A DNA stretch of 64,000 bases. Source: Hyphomicrobiaceae bacterium (lineage in GTDB: Bacteria > Pseudomonadota > Alphaproteobacteria > Rhizobiales > Hyphomicrobiaceae). Positions 50,167 through 59,481 of the stretch are shown in pieces (within the stretch, counting starts at the first letter, position 1; the number at the start of each line of letters is the position of its first letter). The stretch covers positions 8,127 through 72,126 of the forward strand of contig CBDFNK010000010.1 in assembly GCA_965250205.1 (NCBI GenBank), written 5' to 3'. The notes beneath the pieces are model-generated. The model was not told where the DNA came from, searched no databases, and worked only from the letters and a program-made list of their open reading frames with translations. The translations under genes and the position numbers were made by a program.

Positions 50167-50490
50167 CGTGGCCTCCTTTCGAGAGTGAAACACACGATAT
50201 CGTTGCAGAAATCAGAAACCATGTCCATTGATCTCAGTGCAAAAAGGTGTCCAACGGATAAACAGTTGTCTCTACTTTTTGCCAAAGTTGAATATGACAC
50301 GCCAAACGTCCTAAATTTGTACAAGTTTTGTACACCTTGCTCCTACAGCGCTTGCTCCGAAGTCGGATTCAGACGATAATTTCATGTCCGTTGGCGCACG
50401 TGAGGTCGCATTTTTGCTGACCTTGTATTGAAAAGGCCATGAAAAAGGTCTCGGGAAAAGTCTCGAAAAAGGTCTGGGCGAGCATTATTC

Positions 50491-50697
50491 ATGACAAGCA
50501 ACAGCGAACAAGAACTTCGCGAACAACTTGCGGCGCTGAGAGCCGATCATCGCAACCTTGATCAGGACATCATTTTTCTTGAGGACAGCATCAATGCAGA
50601 TCAACTTACGATCCGCCGGCTTAAGAAACAAAAGTTATTGCTAAAAGAGCACATCCAAAAAATCGAGGATCAATTGCTGCCCGATATTATCGCCTAG
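50491..50697 (+). CDS. DUF465 (YdcH-like) protein
   Basis: Contains LREQLAALRADHRNLDQDI......DQLTIRRLKKQKLLLKEHI. Confidence 0.85.
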   Translation: MTSNSEQELREQLAALRADHRNLDQDIIFLEDSINADQLTIRRLKKQKLLLKEHIQKIEDQLLPDIIA

Positions 50698-50978
50698 ATT
50701 CAGCCCGCGCCATGAATGGGATTGAGCGCCTTCATGCGCGCCATCAGCACGTCCCCATTTATACGCTTTAAAATGGCCATCAAGCCCGTTATTGCGCTTC
50801 ATGAGCCTTAACTCACACCTCAGTGCCTAAAAAACCTTGTCAGAGGCACCCTCAATCCGATAAACCCGCTTCTTTTCACTGCACCCGTCGTCTGGACTGG
50901 CGGGTAAACACGGCGCTGCCGCACCGGCACGCAGCCCAAACCAGGAGCAGGATCGAACGCTTCGATCACCTTGACACC

Positions 50979-51473
50979 ATGGCAGACAAATCTCCTCTCG
51001 TTGGTATCATTATGGGCAGCCAGTCTGACTGGCCAACGATGCGCCACTGTGCAGAGCTCCTCAATGAGCTCGGTGTTGCCTATGAAGCGCGCATTGTCTC
51101 CGCTCACCGCACACCAGATCGCCTCTATGACTATGCCAAATCCGCAGCCGAACGTGGCCTTCAGGTCATTATTGCGGGTGCCGGTGGTGCAGCCCATCTG
51201 CCAGGCATGGCCGCCGCGATGACACCACTGCCGGTGCTCGGCGTGCCGGTCACTAGCAAAGCGCTGAGTGGCGTCGACAGTTTACATTCCATTGTTCAAA
51301 TGCCAGCTGGCATCCCTGTTGGAACGTTGGCGATTGGCGAACCTGGTGCGCATAACGCGGCGCTACTCGCCGCGCAAATTCTTGCCCTCAGCGACAAAGG
51401 CTTAGCAAAACGCATCGCCCAAATGCGCCAAGCACAAACAGATGGTGTGCCTGAAACACCGAAGGATGACTGA
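50979..51473 (+). CDS. purE: N5-carboxyaminoimidazole ribonucleotide mutase
   Basis: ATG at 50979. Contains [32 protein letters not shown] and VLGVPV. Confidence 0.96.
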   Translation: MADKSPLVGIIMGSQSDWPTMRHCAELLNELGVAYEARIVSAHRTPDRLYDYAKSAAERGLQVIIAGAGGAAHLPGMAAAMTPLPVLGVPVTSKALSGVDSLHSIVQMPAGIPVGTLAIGEPGAHNAALLAAQILALSDKGLAKRIAQMRQAQTDGVPETPKDD

Positions 51474-52575
51474 CGTGTCGGCGCTGAAACCCGGTTCGAC
51501 CATTGGCATTTTTGGTAGCGGGCAATTGGGCCGCATGCTGGCTATGGCTGCTGCCGAACTCGGCCTCAAAACGCATGTATTCTCAGATCTGACCGGGCCC
51601 GCCTGTGATATCGCCGTTGAAAACACGATAGCCCCTTACACGGACTTAACGGCCATCGAACGCTTTGCGAGCAGCGTCGACGTTATTACATTTGAATTTG
51701 AAAATGTACCATTGGAGGCGGTCGGAGTGGCAGCCAACCACGCCCGACTGTCGCCTGACCGCAAAGCACTGGAGGTGGCGCAGGATCGCTTTATCGAGAA
51801 ATCTTTTGTGTCTGGCCTAGGCATTCCCGTTGCGCCATTTGCAAACATTGAAACGGACTGCGATCTCGAAGCCGCAAAGAAAACAACGGGATTTCCTGCG
51901 TTTCTGAAAACGCGCCGTCTTGGCTATGACGGCAAAGGCCAAGCGCAGGTGAGCACACTCGAAGAACTGCGCCAAGCCTATATCGACCTTGGCGCACCAA
52001 CTGCGATTCTTGAAGGACACATGCCGTTTGAGCGAGAAGTTTCCGTGCTCGCCGTGCGCGGTAGTGATGGCGCGATAGCCTTTTATGACCTGCCTCACAA
52101 CACGCATAAGAACGGTATTCTTGATACTTCCCGCGTGCCGTCCGACCTGCCTGACGACATGACATCGAGCGCCCACGCCATTGCCCACGCAATCACAGAG
52201 GCCTTGAACTATGTCGGCCTCCTTGCCGTTGAATTATTTGTCATGCCGGAAGGAGCACCTGATCGTCTGGCGGTCAACGAAATCGCCCCGCGCGTTCACA
52301 ATTCAGGCCACTGGACCCAGGATGCCTGCCGGGTCTCACAATTTGAGAACCACATTCGCGCCATTGCTGGTTGGCCGCTCGGTGCGACAGACCGCCACAG
52401 CGATGCCCTGATGACCAATTTGATCGGCCCTGACGTGGGCCATTGGGCACGTTTCGCGGCGCAACCTGGGGCCTGTGTGCACCTTTATGGCAAGGCTCAG
52501 GCCCGCCCCGGGCGCAAGATGGGACACATCACAGAAATCATCCCCAAGACAGCTCAAAACCGGGCCAAAACATAG
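51466..52575 (+). CDS. purK: N5-carboxyaminoimidazole ribonucleotide synthase
   Basis: The ATG overlaps the purE stop. Contains [13 protein letters not shown], an ATP-grasp region and [11 protein letters not shown]. Confidence 0.94.
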   Translation: MTDVSALKPGSTIGIFGSGQLGRMLAMAAAELGLKTHVFSDLTGPACDIAVENTIAPYTDLTAIERFASSVDVITFEFENVPLEAVGVAANHARLSPDRKALEVAQDRFIEKSFVSGLGIPVAPFANIETDCDLEAAKKTTGFPAFLKTRRLGYDGKGQAQVSTLEELRQAYIDLGAPTAILEGHMPFEREVSVLAVRGSDGAIAFYDLPHNTHKNGILDTSRVPSDLPDDMTSSAHAIAHAITEALNYVGLLAVELFVMPEGAPDRLAVNEIAPRVHNSGHWTQDACRVSQFENHIRAIAGWPLGATDRHSDALMTNLIGPDVGHWARFAAQPGACVHLYGKAQARPGRKMGHITEIIPKTAQNRAKT

Positions 52576-52698
52576 ACAATGTCCCTGTTTGTTGATAGAA
52601 ACACTCAAGATTTGACGCCAGGACGTGGTCTTGCCGGGGGTATCGGTGGCTGCGATTGGTAGTTTTCGTTCCAAAACAAAATGTAAGGATGTGTCCGG

Positions 52699-52947
52699 GT
52701 GCAGGTACTCGTTCGCGACAACAATGTCGATCAGGCTCTGAAGGCGCTCAAAAAGAAGATGCAGCGCGAGGGCATTTTCCGGGAAATGAAGCTCCGGAAT
52801 TACTTTGAAAAACCATCTGAAAAGCGCGCGCGCGAAAAGGCTGAAGCTATTCGTCGTGCACGCAAGCTGGCCCGCAAACGCTTGCAACGCGAAGGCATGC
52901 TGCCTGGTAAGCCTGCTGCCAAAGCTGGTGGACGCGGCGGGCGCTAG
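52699..52947 (+). CDS. rpsU: 30S ribosomal protein S21
   Basis: A GTG start gives [43 protein letters not shown]. Confidence 0.95.
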   Translation: MQVLVRDNNVDQALKALKKKMQREGIFREMKLRNYFEKPSEKRAREKAEAIRRARKLARKRLQREGMLPGKPAAKAGGRGGR

Positions 52948-53152
52948 AGCGTTTCAGAATTAGGCGGAAGCGTATCCTGCGTTTTTGATGTAGTTTTTGC
53001 ACTCGGTTTCAGGAATGCTTTTGACAAGGTTGGCAATGTGGTCGTGGATGTTTTGAAGGTGCCACGCCCCTGCCATGCGCATCCATCTAAGTCATACGCG
53101 CTCTAGGTCAATCTGCTTTAAATCAATTCCAACTTTTCGCAGGTTGCACTAG
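52944..53152. repeat. 163-bp element with 8-bp terminal inverted repeat CTAGAGCG/CGCTCTAG (52944-53106), plus a partial MITE end (53103-53152)
   Basis: The inverted repeats were read directly. The first CTAG contains the rpsU stop. The segment ...TTCCAACTTTTCGCAGGTTGCACTAG matches the terminal segment of copies A-D. Confidence 0.75.
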
Positions 53153-53176
53153 TCGCCTTGACTTTGCCCTGAGCAC

Positions 53177-53214
53177 AAAAAAAGCGCGCCGGGTCATCCG
53201 AGCGCGCTTTTTTT
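53177..53214. terminator. bidirectional rho-independent terminator
   Basis: AAAAAAAGCGCGC-N12-GCGCGCTTTTTTT. Confidence 0.8.
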
Positions 53215-53233
53215 CAATTCAATTGTCGTTGAT

Positions 53234-54106
53234 TTATGGCGTTTTGGTTGGCGTCACCGGTGCCACAACAGCAGAGTGATTTGAAGAATTCTCAACCGCA
53301 GCAGCTTGCTTGGTAGCTTCTGCCGCAAGTTGAACCGCCGCTTTTGCCGCAAGTTGAGCCGCATCTGCGGCCCGTTCAGCCGCCGCCGCCGCACGCTCGG
53401 CTGCTGCCGCCGCACGATCAGCTGCAGCGCGCTCAGATGCAACCGCACCAGTTTGCGCAGGTTTTGCCGCAGCCCGCACCTGACCGACAGGGTCAGTCAG
53501 CGCTGTAGGTTCGCCCGTGTTTCTGATCACCACATTTTTAGCATCTGGAACGAGTGGCGATGTTGATGTATTTGTGGGTGCATCTTCGGCTACCGAATAC
53601 TTGGGTATTGCGCTCGTTTCTACCGCATCGGTTGATGCCGGTTTCACTTTTTCGACTTTCGTTGCAACCGTCTTCACAACAACTTCTTTTTTGGCAGATA
53701 CCTTAGCAACGTTTTTCTTGGTCTCATTCTTCGTCTTGGCTTTTGCTGTTTTTGTTTTAGATTTTTTTTCGGCTTTTGCTTTTTGCTTTTTGGGTTGCTT
53801 ACTGCCGCCCCAACATACATTGGCTGAGGCTGTGCAGGTGTGTTCATCAAAAACGATAAAGTCGAGGAACAACTCGCACTTCACTGATTTTTTGCCGACG
53901 GAATATTCTTCTATACCTTGCTCATCAGCCCAGGCTGCAATGTGCTTATCAAGCAGAACCTGCGCGTCGCTTGTTGGGCCATCTTTGCCATAGTCATTGA
54001 CCAGGAAGCCCATCTTTTTGCAGGCCGCCGAGGCGGGTGCAAAACCGCTTCCAAAGACAACAAGAGCTACGGCAGCTACCGCTATGTAATTGGCCAATCG
54101 GCTCAT
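53234..54106 (-). CDS. hypothetical secreted protein with Lys-rich central and Ala-rich C-terminal repeats
   Basis: Signal peptide ...FGSGFAPASA is followed by a Cys-containing N-domain. Later segments are KQPKKQKAKAEKKSKTKTAKAKTKNETKK and the repeats AADRAAAAAERAAAAAERAADAA. Confidence 0.7.
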   Translation of the reverse strand: MSRLANYIAVAAVALVVFGSGFAPASAACKKMGFLVNDYGKDGPTSDAQVLLDKHIAAWADEQGIEEYSVGKKSVKCELFLDFIVFDEHTCTASANVCWGGSKQPKKQKAKAEKKSKTKTAKAKTKNETKKNVAKVSAKKEVVVKTVATKVEKVKPASTDAVETSAIPKYSVAEDAPTNTSTSPLVPDAKNVVIRNTGEPTALTDPVGQVRAAAKPAQTGAVASERAAADRAAAAAERAAAAAERAADAAQLAAKAAVQLAAEATKQAAAVENSSNHSAVVAPVTPTKTP

Positions 54107-54385
54107 CGAAGTCTCCCCTCACAGTATGATAAATCGTCAGGTTGGCCCCTGCTATAACGGGACCAGAAGGCCATGCAAAGGGCCATAGAACAAGTTTCAG
54201 AACAAAGTGTGGTCAATTTGGGCACAACTGTCACGTCCGCCCCGTCCCTAAGTCCTATCATCAACGCCGGAATGTACGTCTAAGTGAAGGTAATTGGCGC
54301 AAAGGCCCCAAAAAAAGCGAAAAAAACCGTCAGACGCTGACGGAGCATCTGACGGCCATAAAAACCCAGCGCCATAGCCTCGGGT

Positions 54386-54754
54386 CTAGTTCATATAAGG
54401 TGAATCACCACCGTGCAGGCTGGTGCCAGAATCAAAGAAAAACCCGTGATCGAAGGGGCCAGCCGGTGATTGGCGATCCAGCATCGGATCACGCAGACTG
54501 GTGGCCGCACCGAAGTTGCTGCGAGAATCGCCATAGGTGTTGATGGAGTCTTGGTAGGAATAGGAATACCCACCACGACGCGCCCGATAGCCTTTGACCC
54601 GGGCACCAGAACGATAATGACGTGATGTCGGATGGGCACCTCCGGACGAGGAAACGCCCGATTTCGCCCGTCGATCGCCTGCTTCAACGATTGGTGCAGC
54701 AAGGATCAAGGCCATTGTCCCCACAGCAGCCATAAGTAGTTGATTACGCATCAT
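54386..54754 (-). CDS. hypothetical secreted Gly/Ser/Arg-rich protein
   Basis: Signal peptide MMRNQLLMAAVGTMALILAAPIVEA. The C-terminal region contains PFDHGFFFDSG. Confidence 0.65.
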   Translation of the reverse strand: MMRNQLLMAAVGTMALILAAPIVEAGDRRAKSGVSSSGGAHPTSRHYRSGARVKGYRARRGGYSYSYQDSINTYGDSRSNFGAATSLRDPMLDRQSPAGPFDHGFFFDSGTSLHGGDSPYMN

Positions 54755-55045
54755 TTTAAATACCTTCGCATCTTTTCCATTTGGCCGGAGTATGCTCTCT
54801 ATTGGTTAAAAAGGCGAGGCAGATCGCCCGTTATGATAAAGCAAATCGCGTTTTACCAGGACCTGTGTCTGCCACATCACGTTGCGGACACACCCGTTTT
54901 CAGAGCAACAGTCAGATGGCATCCTTGTTCAGGGTGTGCCAGTGTGGGCAACGGTCAATGGGAAAACAACTAACACTGGCCTTAATGAAACAGGATTTCT
55001 AAGGCATGTGTCTTTGCAATCCAGGAGGAAACTTCGGAGGACTCT

Positions 55046-55324
55046 ATGGACTTTCTACCCCTAATTATTCAACTCGTTAGTGGTGCTTTGGGCGGCAATG
55101 TCGCTGGTGGCCTACTTAAAAACCTGAGCCTTGGCACCGTTGGCAATTCACTTGCCGGTATCGTAGGCGGCGGTCTTGGTGGCTCAATTCTTGGACCTAT
55201 GCTGGGTATGGCTGGCGGCGGCATGGACCTTGCTGGCATCCTGACCCAAGTCGCAAGTGGCGGCGTTGGTGGTGGCATCTTGATGGCAATTATTGGCATC
55301 CTGAAAAATATGTTCGCCAAATAG
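55046..55324 (+). CDS. glycine-rich small membrane protein (hypothetical)
   Basis: 92 aa with GxxxG-rich hydrophobic segments. An upstream GGAGGA and a terminator support the call. Confidence 0.7.
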   Translation: MDFLPLIIQLVSGALGGNVAGGLLKNLSLGTVGNSLAGIVGGGLGGSILGPMLGMAGGGMDLAGILTQVASGGVGGGILMAIIGILKNMFAK

Positions 55325-55349
55325 GAAATCAATAATCCTAAAATCAAAG

Positions 55350-55386
55350 CCGCGCATAGAGAGAACCTCTAAGCGCGGTTTTTTTA
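55350..55386 (+). terminator. rho-independent terminator
   Basis: CCGCGC-N17-GCGCGG followed by TTTTTTTA. Confidence 0.65.
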
Positions 55387-55459
55387 TATTCTGTAAAGAG
55401 CACATCAAATGCGTGAACAAATAATGCAACACGCAATAGTTTGACGTAAAACTCAGGAC

Positions 55460-55503
55460 TTAGAGCACGTTCATGTTAGTTTGATTCAACGGTCGTGCTC
55501 TAA
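55460..55503. repeat. small hairpin element with termini TTAGAGCACG / CGTGCTCTAA
   Basis: A 10-bp terminal inverted repeat was read directly. It has the same architecture as 47505-47549. Confidence 0.8.
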
Positions 55504-55561
55504 CTTTTTGAATTGGATTGTGTTGCAGGTGCAAAACCGCCTACACCTTTGGCGCGACGCT

Positions 55562-55704
55562 GTAGATCAACCTGCAAAAAGTTGGGTTCGACTTTGAGCA
55601 GATAAGTTGATCGCCAGTCTTAGGGCCAGTCTTAGGATAGAGTCATGGGATAGAGCGTCGCGCAAATAGCTTGGCTGTGTACAACAAAAGGCTTGATGGC
55701 CTAG
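55562..55704 (+). repeat. MITE-like intergenic repeat, copy C
   Basis: It has the same orientation as copy A. It is preceded by ...GGCGCGACGCTGTAG, the end of another partial copy. Its terminal CTAG contains the stop (minus strand) of the 55701-56009 gene. Confidence 0.85.
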
Positions 55705-56009
55705 AGCTTGCAGATGCGTGCCTGACCGTAGCACTTCCAACCCCAGTTGCCACCTTTATTGCACCTGTAAAAGCGCTTGCCAAACTTGTAGCCTGGTGTT
55801 GTTCCGCTCGCCATCCATGCCGCCCACGCACCCCAGTCGGTGGCCTGCAACAACACTTCATCGACCTGGAATTGAGCGCCTTTTTTAGTTGTCGCTTCGC
55901 CAACACCCGCCTTTTTAAAACAGGTTTTGGCAGATACCGTTGTCACAGCGCCAACTGAAAGGGCAGCTGCCAAGGCAAGGGCCGTTGCAGACTTCGTAAG
56001 CATAGTCAT
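55701..56009 (-). CDS. small secreted cysteine-containing protein (hypothetical)
   Basis: GGAGGA precedes the ATG. The signal peptide is MTMLTKSATALALAAALSVGAVTTVSA, and the mature part has 4 Cys and is Trp-rich. Confidence 0.7.
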   Translation of the reverse strand: MTMLTKSATALALAAALSVGAVTTVSAKTCFKKAGVGEATTKKGAQFQVDEVLLQATDWGAWAAWMASGTTPGYKFGKRFYRCNKGGNWGWKCYGQARICKL

Positions 56010-56195
56010 TGGGTATCCTCCGTCTTAATCCATATCGCGGGCAGTAAACGGCAGTGGGCACGCTAAATCCATACAGATGGCGGATCAATGCACAGCTACC
56101 TTATCCACTGCCCACAAAAAATTGAGCTTTGGCGCGAAAACGTTGCGTGTTTGCACCGCGATTGGGATAACGCACGCATATTGGCGTCGTGACGG

Positions 56196-56424
56196 CTACT
56201 TGGCCGGCGCGACGGCCACTTCCAAATTGACAGCCTTGGGGGCCTTGGCCACGCTTATCTGGCTCTGTTTCAAATGACATTTTTGAACCCTCTGTAAGGT
56301 CTTTCCTTCCCGAACTTTATACGGCTGTGACGTGTGCAAACACATCGCTACCGCCATCACCTGGAGCGATAAACCCGTAACCCTTTTGCTGAGTGTAGAA
56401 TTTTACAGTTCCAGTCTGCCGCAT
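56196..56424 (-). pseudogene. cold-shock protein (CspA family) pseudogene: in-frame TAA plus a frameshift
   Basis: The minus strand reads MRQTGTVKFYTQQKGYGFIAPGDGGSDVFAHVTAV-TAA-SSGRKDLTEGSKMSFETEPDKRGQGP. The frame then slips at a C5 run (plus-strand G5 at 56238-56242) into ...AVNLEVAVAPAK. Confidence 0.7.
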
Positions 56425-56693
56425 TGCTTGAGGTCCTCACCAAACTCCACTCCTCAAACGGAATTGGCACGAACATCAGCAAACAGACGCGAGCGTGCGC
56501 ACGTCTGTTTGTACACTTCAAGATGTTGAACATCAGCAGGCCGCATACGCTGAGATGAGCAAAACGAATAGTGTAACCAAGTCGCAATCTTTCATCGTGA
56601 ACGCTGGCTAGCGTATCGTGAAATTATGCACTGCACGCAACTGGAAACTTATGACTCTGATATATGTTGTGGGCACTCAAGTTGGCTCCACGC

Positions 56694-57542
56694 CTATGCC
56701 TCACTCAACCATCTTAGGTCATGGGATGCTGAGCGGCTGACCCCTAGAGTTGTGCACAATGATGGCAAAATCAATTGCAACTCATCATGCAGTGGGTAGG
56801 GCGGATTGACAACGATCAGTCCCGTTGCGCGCACCGCGCCAGTGTCAAAAATGCGATCAACTACCAATTCGCAGAGTAAGCATTTGTCTATATTCAGCGA
56901 ACTGATCTGAGAATAGAACGTTGCAACACGTCGACGATCTTTTATAGGAAACCATAATATCAACGCGCCCGTTGCAAACCGGCGCTGATGCTCAATTGCT
57001 GACTGCAAAAGGCGATCAAATTCGCCCGGCTGCTCAAAAGGAGGATCGACGAGTGTGATCCCGCGCCGCTCCTTGGGTGGAAGAACCGCCTTCAACACGG
57101 TCCAACCATCAAGCGACATAACTTTCACCTGTCGGGAAGATGCAAACGTTTGTTGCAATAGTGCTGCGTCTTCACTGTGAAGTTCGTTTGCAATCAAACG
57201 GTCAACCGGGCGCAGCAACCGCGATACCAATTTCGGACTGCCCGGATAAAACCGCAGCTTGCCATCGGGATTCTCAGCATTGATGGCATTCAGATAAGGA
57301 TGCAGAAGCGATTCGACCGCGGGCGAAAACGTACTTTTTTGTATTTTCAAAATACCTGAGTGCCATTCATCTGTCTTGCGTGCGGCCTCGCTTTCAAGAT
57401 CATAAATGCCAATCCCTGCATGGCTATCGATGACACGAAATGGTGCTGGCTTTTTCTTAAAGTATTCAATAGAGCGCACCAAGACGATATGTTTGAGAAC
57501 ATCAGCAAAGTTACCGGCGTGAAAAGCGTGACGGTAATTCAT
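56694..57542 (-). CDS. rlmJ: 23S rRNA (adenine2030-N6)-methyltransferase
   Basis: The N-terminus MNYRHAFHAGNFADVLKH and the VDPPFE motif match the family. Confidence 0.93.
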   Translation of the reverse strand: MNYRHAFHAGNFADVLKHIVLVRSIEYFKKKPAPFRVIDSHAGIGIYDLESEAARKTDEWHSGILKIQKSTFSPAVESLLHPYLNAINAENPDGKLRFYPGSPKLVSRLLRPVDRLIANELHSEDAALLQQTFASSRQVKVMSLDGWTVLKAVLPPKERRGITLVDPPFEQPGEFDRLLQSAIEHQRRFATGALILWFPIKDRRRVATFYSQISSLNIDKCLLCELVVDRIFDTGAVRATGLIVVNPPYPLHDELQLILPSLCTTLGVSRSASHDLRWLSEA

Positions 57543-57789
57543 GGTCTTTCCAAAAGCCTTTTATCGATCATGGCCATCAAGAATGGCCCCACGGCATCCC
57601 ACGCAAAATGGATCAAACGGACAGCAATGCCTTTCTGCGCGATAATATCTAGGCTTATCCACACAAAGCCCTGCACACTTCCTACCCCTTTGACATCGAA
57701 TCTGGTGCCTAACAAAGGAAGTGCTGATGAAACATCCGGCATACCGCCGCGACCCCCCCCTGAAAACACAGCGCAATGGAGACGGTACA

Positions 57790-58593
57790 ATGGCCAATTT
57801 TACCACCCATATTGCAGCAGGCACCCTGGTTGCAGGCGCGCTTGGCACACTCACTCTGGCAGCCGATGTGGTGGCGCCAGAAAACGTGATCGCCGTGACG
57901 CTTGCCGGTGTGGTTGGCTCTGTGCTGCCAGACATCGATTTACAAAAATCGCGCGCTGGACGTGGAATGTTTGCTGGCCTCGCCGTTTTCTTTTCATTTG
58001 CCGTCTTATTTACCTATGCCACAAAATACTCGATTGCAGAGCTTTGGATCTTATGGCTCGGTGCGCTGATTGGCGTGCGCTACGGACTTTATTTTCTGTT
58101 TCACAAGCTCTCCGTTCATCGTGGCAACTGGCATTCTTTGATGGCAGGCTTGCTGGTGGCGGCTCTGACCGCGATTGCATTCAAGTACGTGTTTAACCGT
58201 CACGAAGGCGTTGCCTGGTTGGGCGCTGGCTTTATGTTTATCGGTTACTTCGTCCACCTCGTCCTTGATGAAATGTACTCCGTTGACATTACCGGGCGCC
58301 GCCTCAAGGCATCTTTTGGAACAGCACTCAAGTTTTTTGACAACCGTTACCCATCAGCAGCCATTGCCATGGCAGCGGCCACAGCCATTGCTTTGGTCCT
58401 GACACCATCGCCGAAAACATTTGTTGATGGCATGTCGTCAAAACAAATGTGGACGGAATTAAATGAGCGGATGTGGCCGCAAGAAACCTGGTTTGGTATT
58501 TTTCCAAGCAAGCGCCACATGGTTGCCGGGCCCAACCCATCCGATGCCGCCCAGCCCGGACTTGAGACAGGCTCAATTAATAGCCAGCAGTAA
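57790..58593 (+). CDS. membrane-bound metal-dependent hydrolase (YdjM/DUF457 family)
   Basis: ATG at 57790 gives MANFTTHIAAG. Also contains LPDIDL and HRGNWHSL, with multiple TM segments. Confidence 0.85.
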   Translation: MANFTTHIAAGTLVAGALGTLTLAADVVAPENVIAVTLAGVVGSVLPDIDLQKSRAGRGMFAGLAVFFSFAVLFTYATKYSIAELWILWLGALIGVRYGLYFLFHKLSVHRGNWHSLMAGLLVAALTAIAFKYVFNRHEGVAWLGAGFMFIGYFVHLVLDEMYSVDITGRRLKASFGTALKFFDNRYPSAAIAMAAATAIALVLTPSPKTFVDGMSSKQMWTELNERMWPQETWFGIFPSKRHMVAGPNPSDAAQPGLETGSINSQQ

Positions 58594-58630
58594 CAGCCCA
58601 ATGCACCGAACATGTTTCAAAGTGATCACG

Positions 58631-59242
58631 CTATGATGTCGGTTTGGCCAAACCGTTGAGATAATGATCGATAAGATCTTCAACAAGCGGTGAGGCGGCT
58701 TCCGTCGTAACAATGGCTAACTTGTCGGTTGTCGACAGGGAGGTAATGCCATGAACACCAGCCCACAGGACGCGCGCACTGCGTTTTACTTGATTTTCTT
58801 CTGCTTCGGGAATTAAGCGCCCAATTTCACTCTCAACTTCTGCCAGAAGCGTTTCGAGCTTTTCCTGATACCAGGTCGGGATGTGCGCCTCGGCTTGCAT
58901 GTGGTGCTCAAACAACAAATTCCAAAGCTTGGGATTATCGTGCGTGAAGTGCAGATAAGCCATCGCAATATTCTTTAAGCGTGTGTGTGGGCTTTCATTA
59001 GACGGAACTTCTTGTAGAGCAAGTGCCAAACGATCCAACAACCGACCTTCAATGGTCAACACGAGGTCATCGAGATTATCAAACACATTGTAGAGCGTAC
59101 CTGGCGAATAGCCGATACGCCGCGCGATTTCACGTGCGGACAATCCTGCCAGCCCTTCACTCTCAATCAATTCTGTCGTTGAAACGAGAATGAGCTCACG
59201 CAGTTCTTCCGCGGTATGTATGGATCTTCGGCCCATACCCAA
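58631..59242 (-). CDS. TetR/AcrR family transcriptional regulator
   Basis: The N-terminal HTH is GLAGLSAREIARRIGYSPGTLYNVF. Confidence 0.9.
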   Translation of the reverse strand: MGMGRRSIHTAEELRELILVSTTELIESEGLAGLSAREIARRIGYSPGTLYNVFDNLDDLVLTIEGRLLDRLALALQEVPSNESPHTRLKNIAMAYLHFTHDNPKLWNLLFEHHMQAEAHIPTWYQEKLETLLAEVESEIGRLIPEAEENQVKRSARVLWAGVHGITSLSTTDKLAIVTTEAASPLVEDLIDHYLNGLAKPTS

Positions 59243-59325
59243 TAAGTCCCTCTATCATCAAAGTTTTCTCCGCGAGATTAGGTTGAATCTATGTCTTCCG
59301 ATAGGGCTCTATATCTGCTCAATTG

Positions 59326-59353
59326 AGAAAAACTGTCCTTCCACGAAGGACAG
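59326..59353 (-). terminator. terminator after the tadE-like gene
   Basis: The minus strand reads CTGTCCTTC-GTG-GAAGGACAG followed by TTTTTCTC. Confidence 0.6.
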
Positions 59354-59481
59354 GAGCGGTACAGCCAGACGGCAATACGACCACCGTCTAGCCAGCACCC
59401 AAAAAGAGAAAAAGGACCGCCCACAATAGTGAAGGCAGTCCTTTGAATTGGTGTACTCGAGTGCGACCGGTAACCCGAAGC

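Noticed and set aside
50700-50978. ZTP (pfl) riboswitch upstream of purE, suggested by GACTGGCG at about 50893
   Set aside because: The obligatory 3' pseudoknot partner CCGCCTGGGC and the GGGTGGA element are absent, so this is a single-motif coincidence.
52336-52887. 183-aa minus-strand ORF overlapping purK and rpsU
   Set aside because: It is antisense to two confidently identified genes and has no recognisable motifs. It is a typical shadow ORF of GC-rich coding DNA. The same reasoning applies to 90-671, 1434-1919, 3458-4147, 23039-23536, 41014-41646, 57360-58196 and the many other listed overlapping ORFs.
57561-57700. Small Cys-rich minus-strand ORF (..CAGLCVDKPRYYRAERHCCPFDPFCVGCRGAILDGHDR) between rlmJ and the ydjM-like gene, possibly DUF1289 or zinc-ribbon-like
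   Set aside because: There is no plausible start codon or SD without running antisense through the ydjM-like gene. The spacing of the CxxxC and CxGC motifs does not fit DUF1289 (about 20 residues apart here, versus about 7).
57543-57789. LexA (SOS) box upstream of the ydjM-like hydrolase, since YdjM is LexA-regulated in E. coli
   Set aside because: No GTTC-N7-GTTC / GAAC-N7-GAAC alphaproteobacterial-type box, and no CTGT-N8-ACAG box, was found in the intergenic region.
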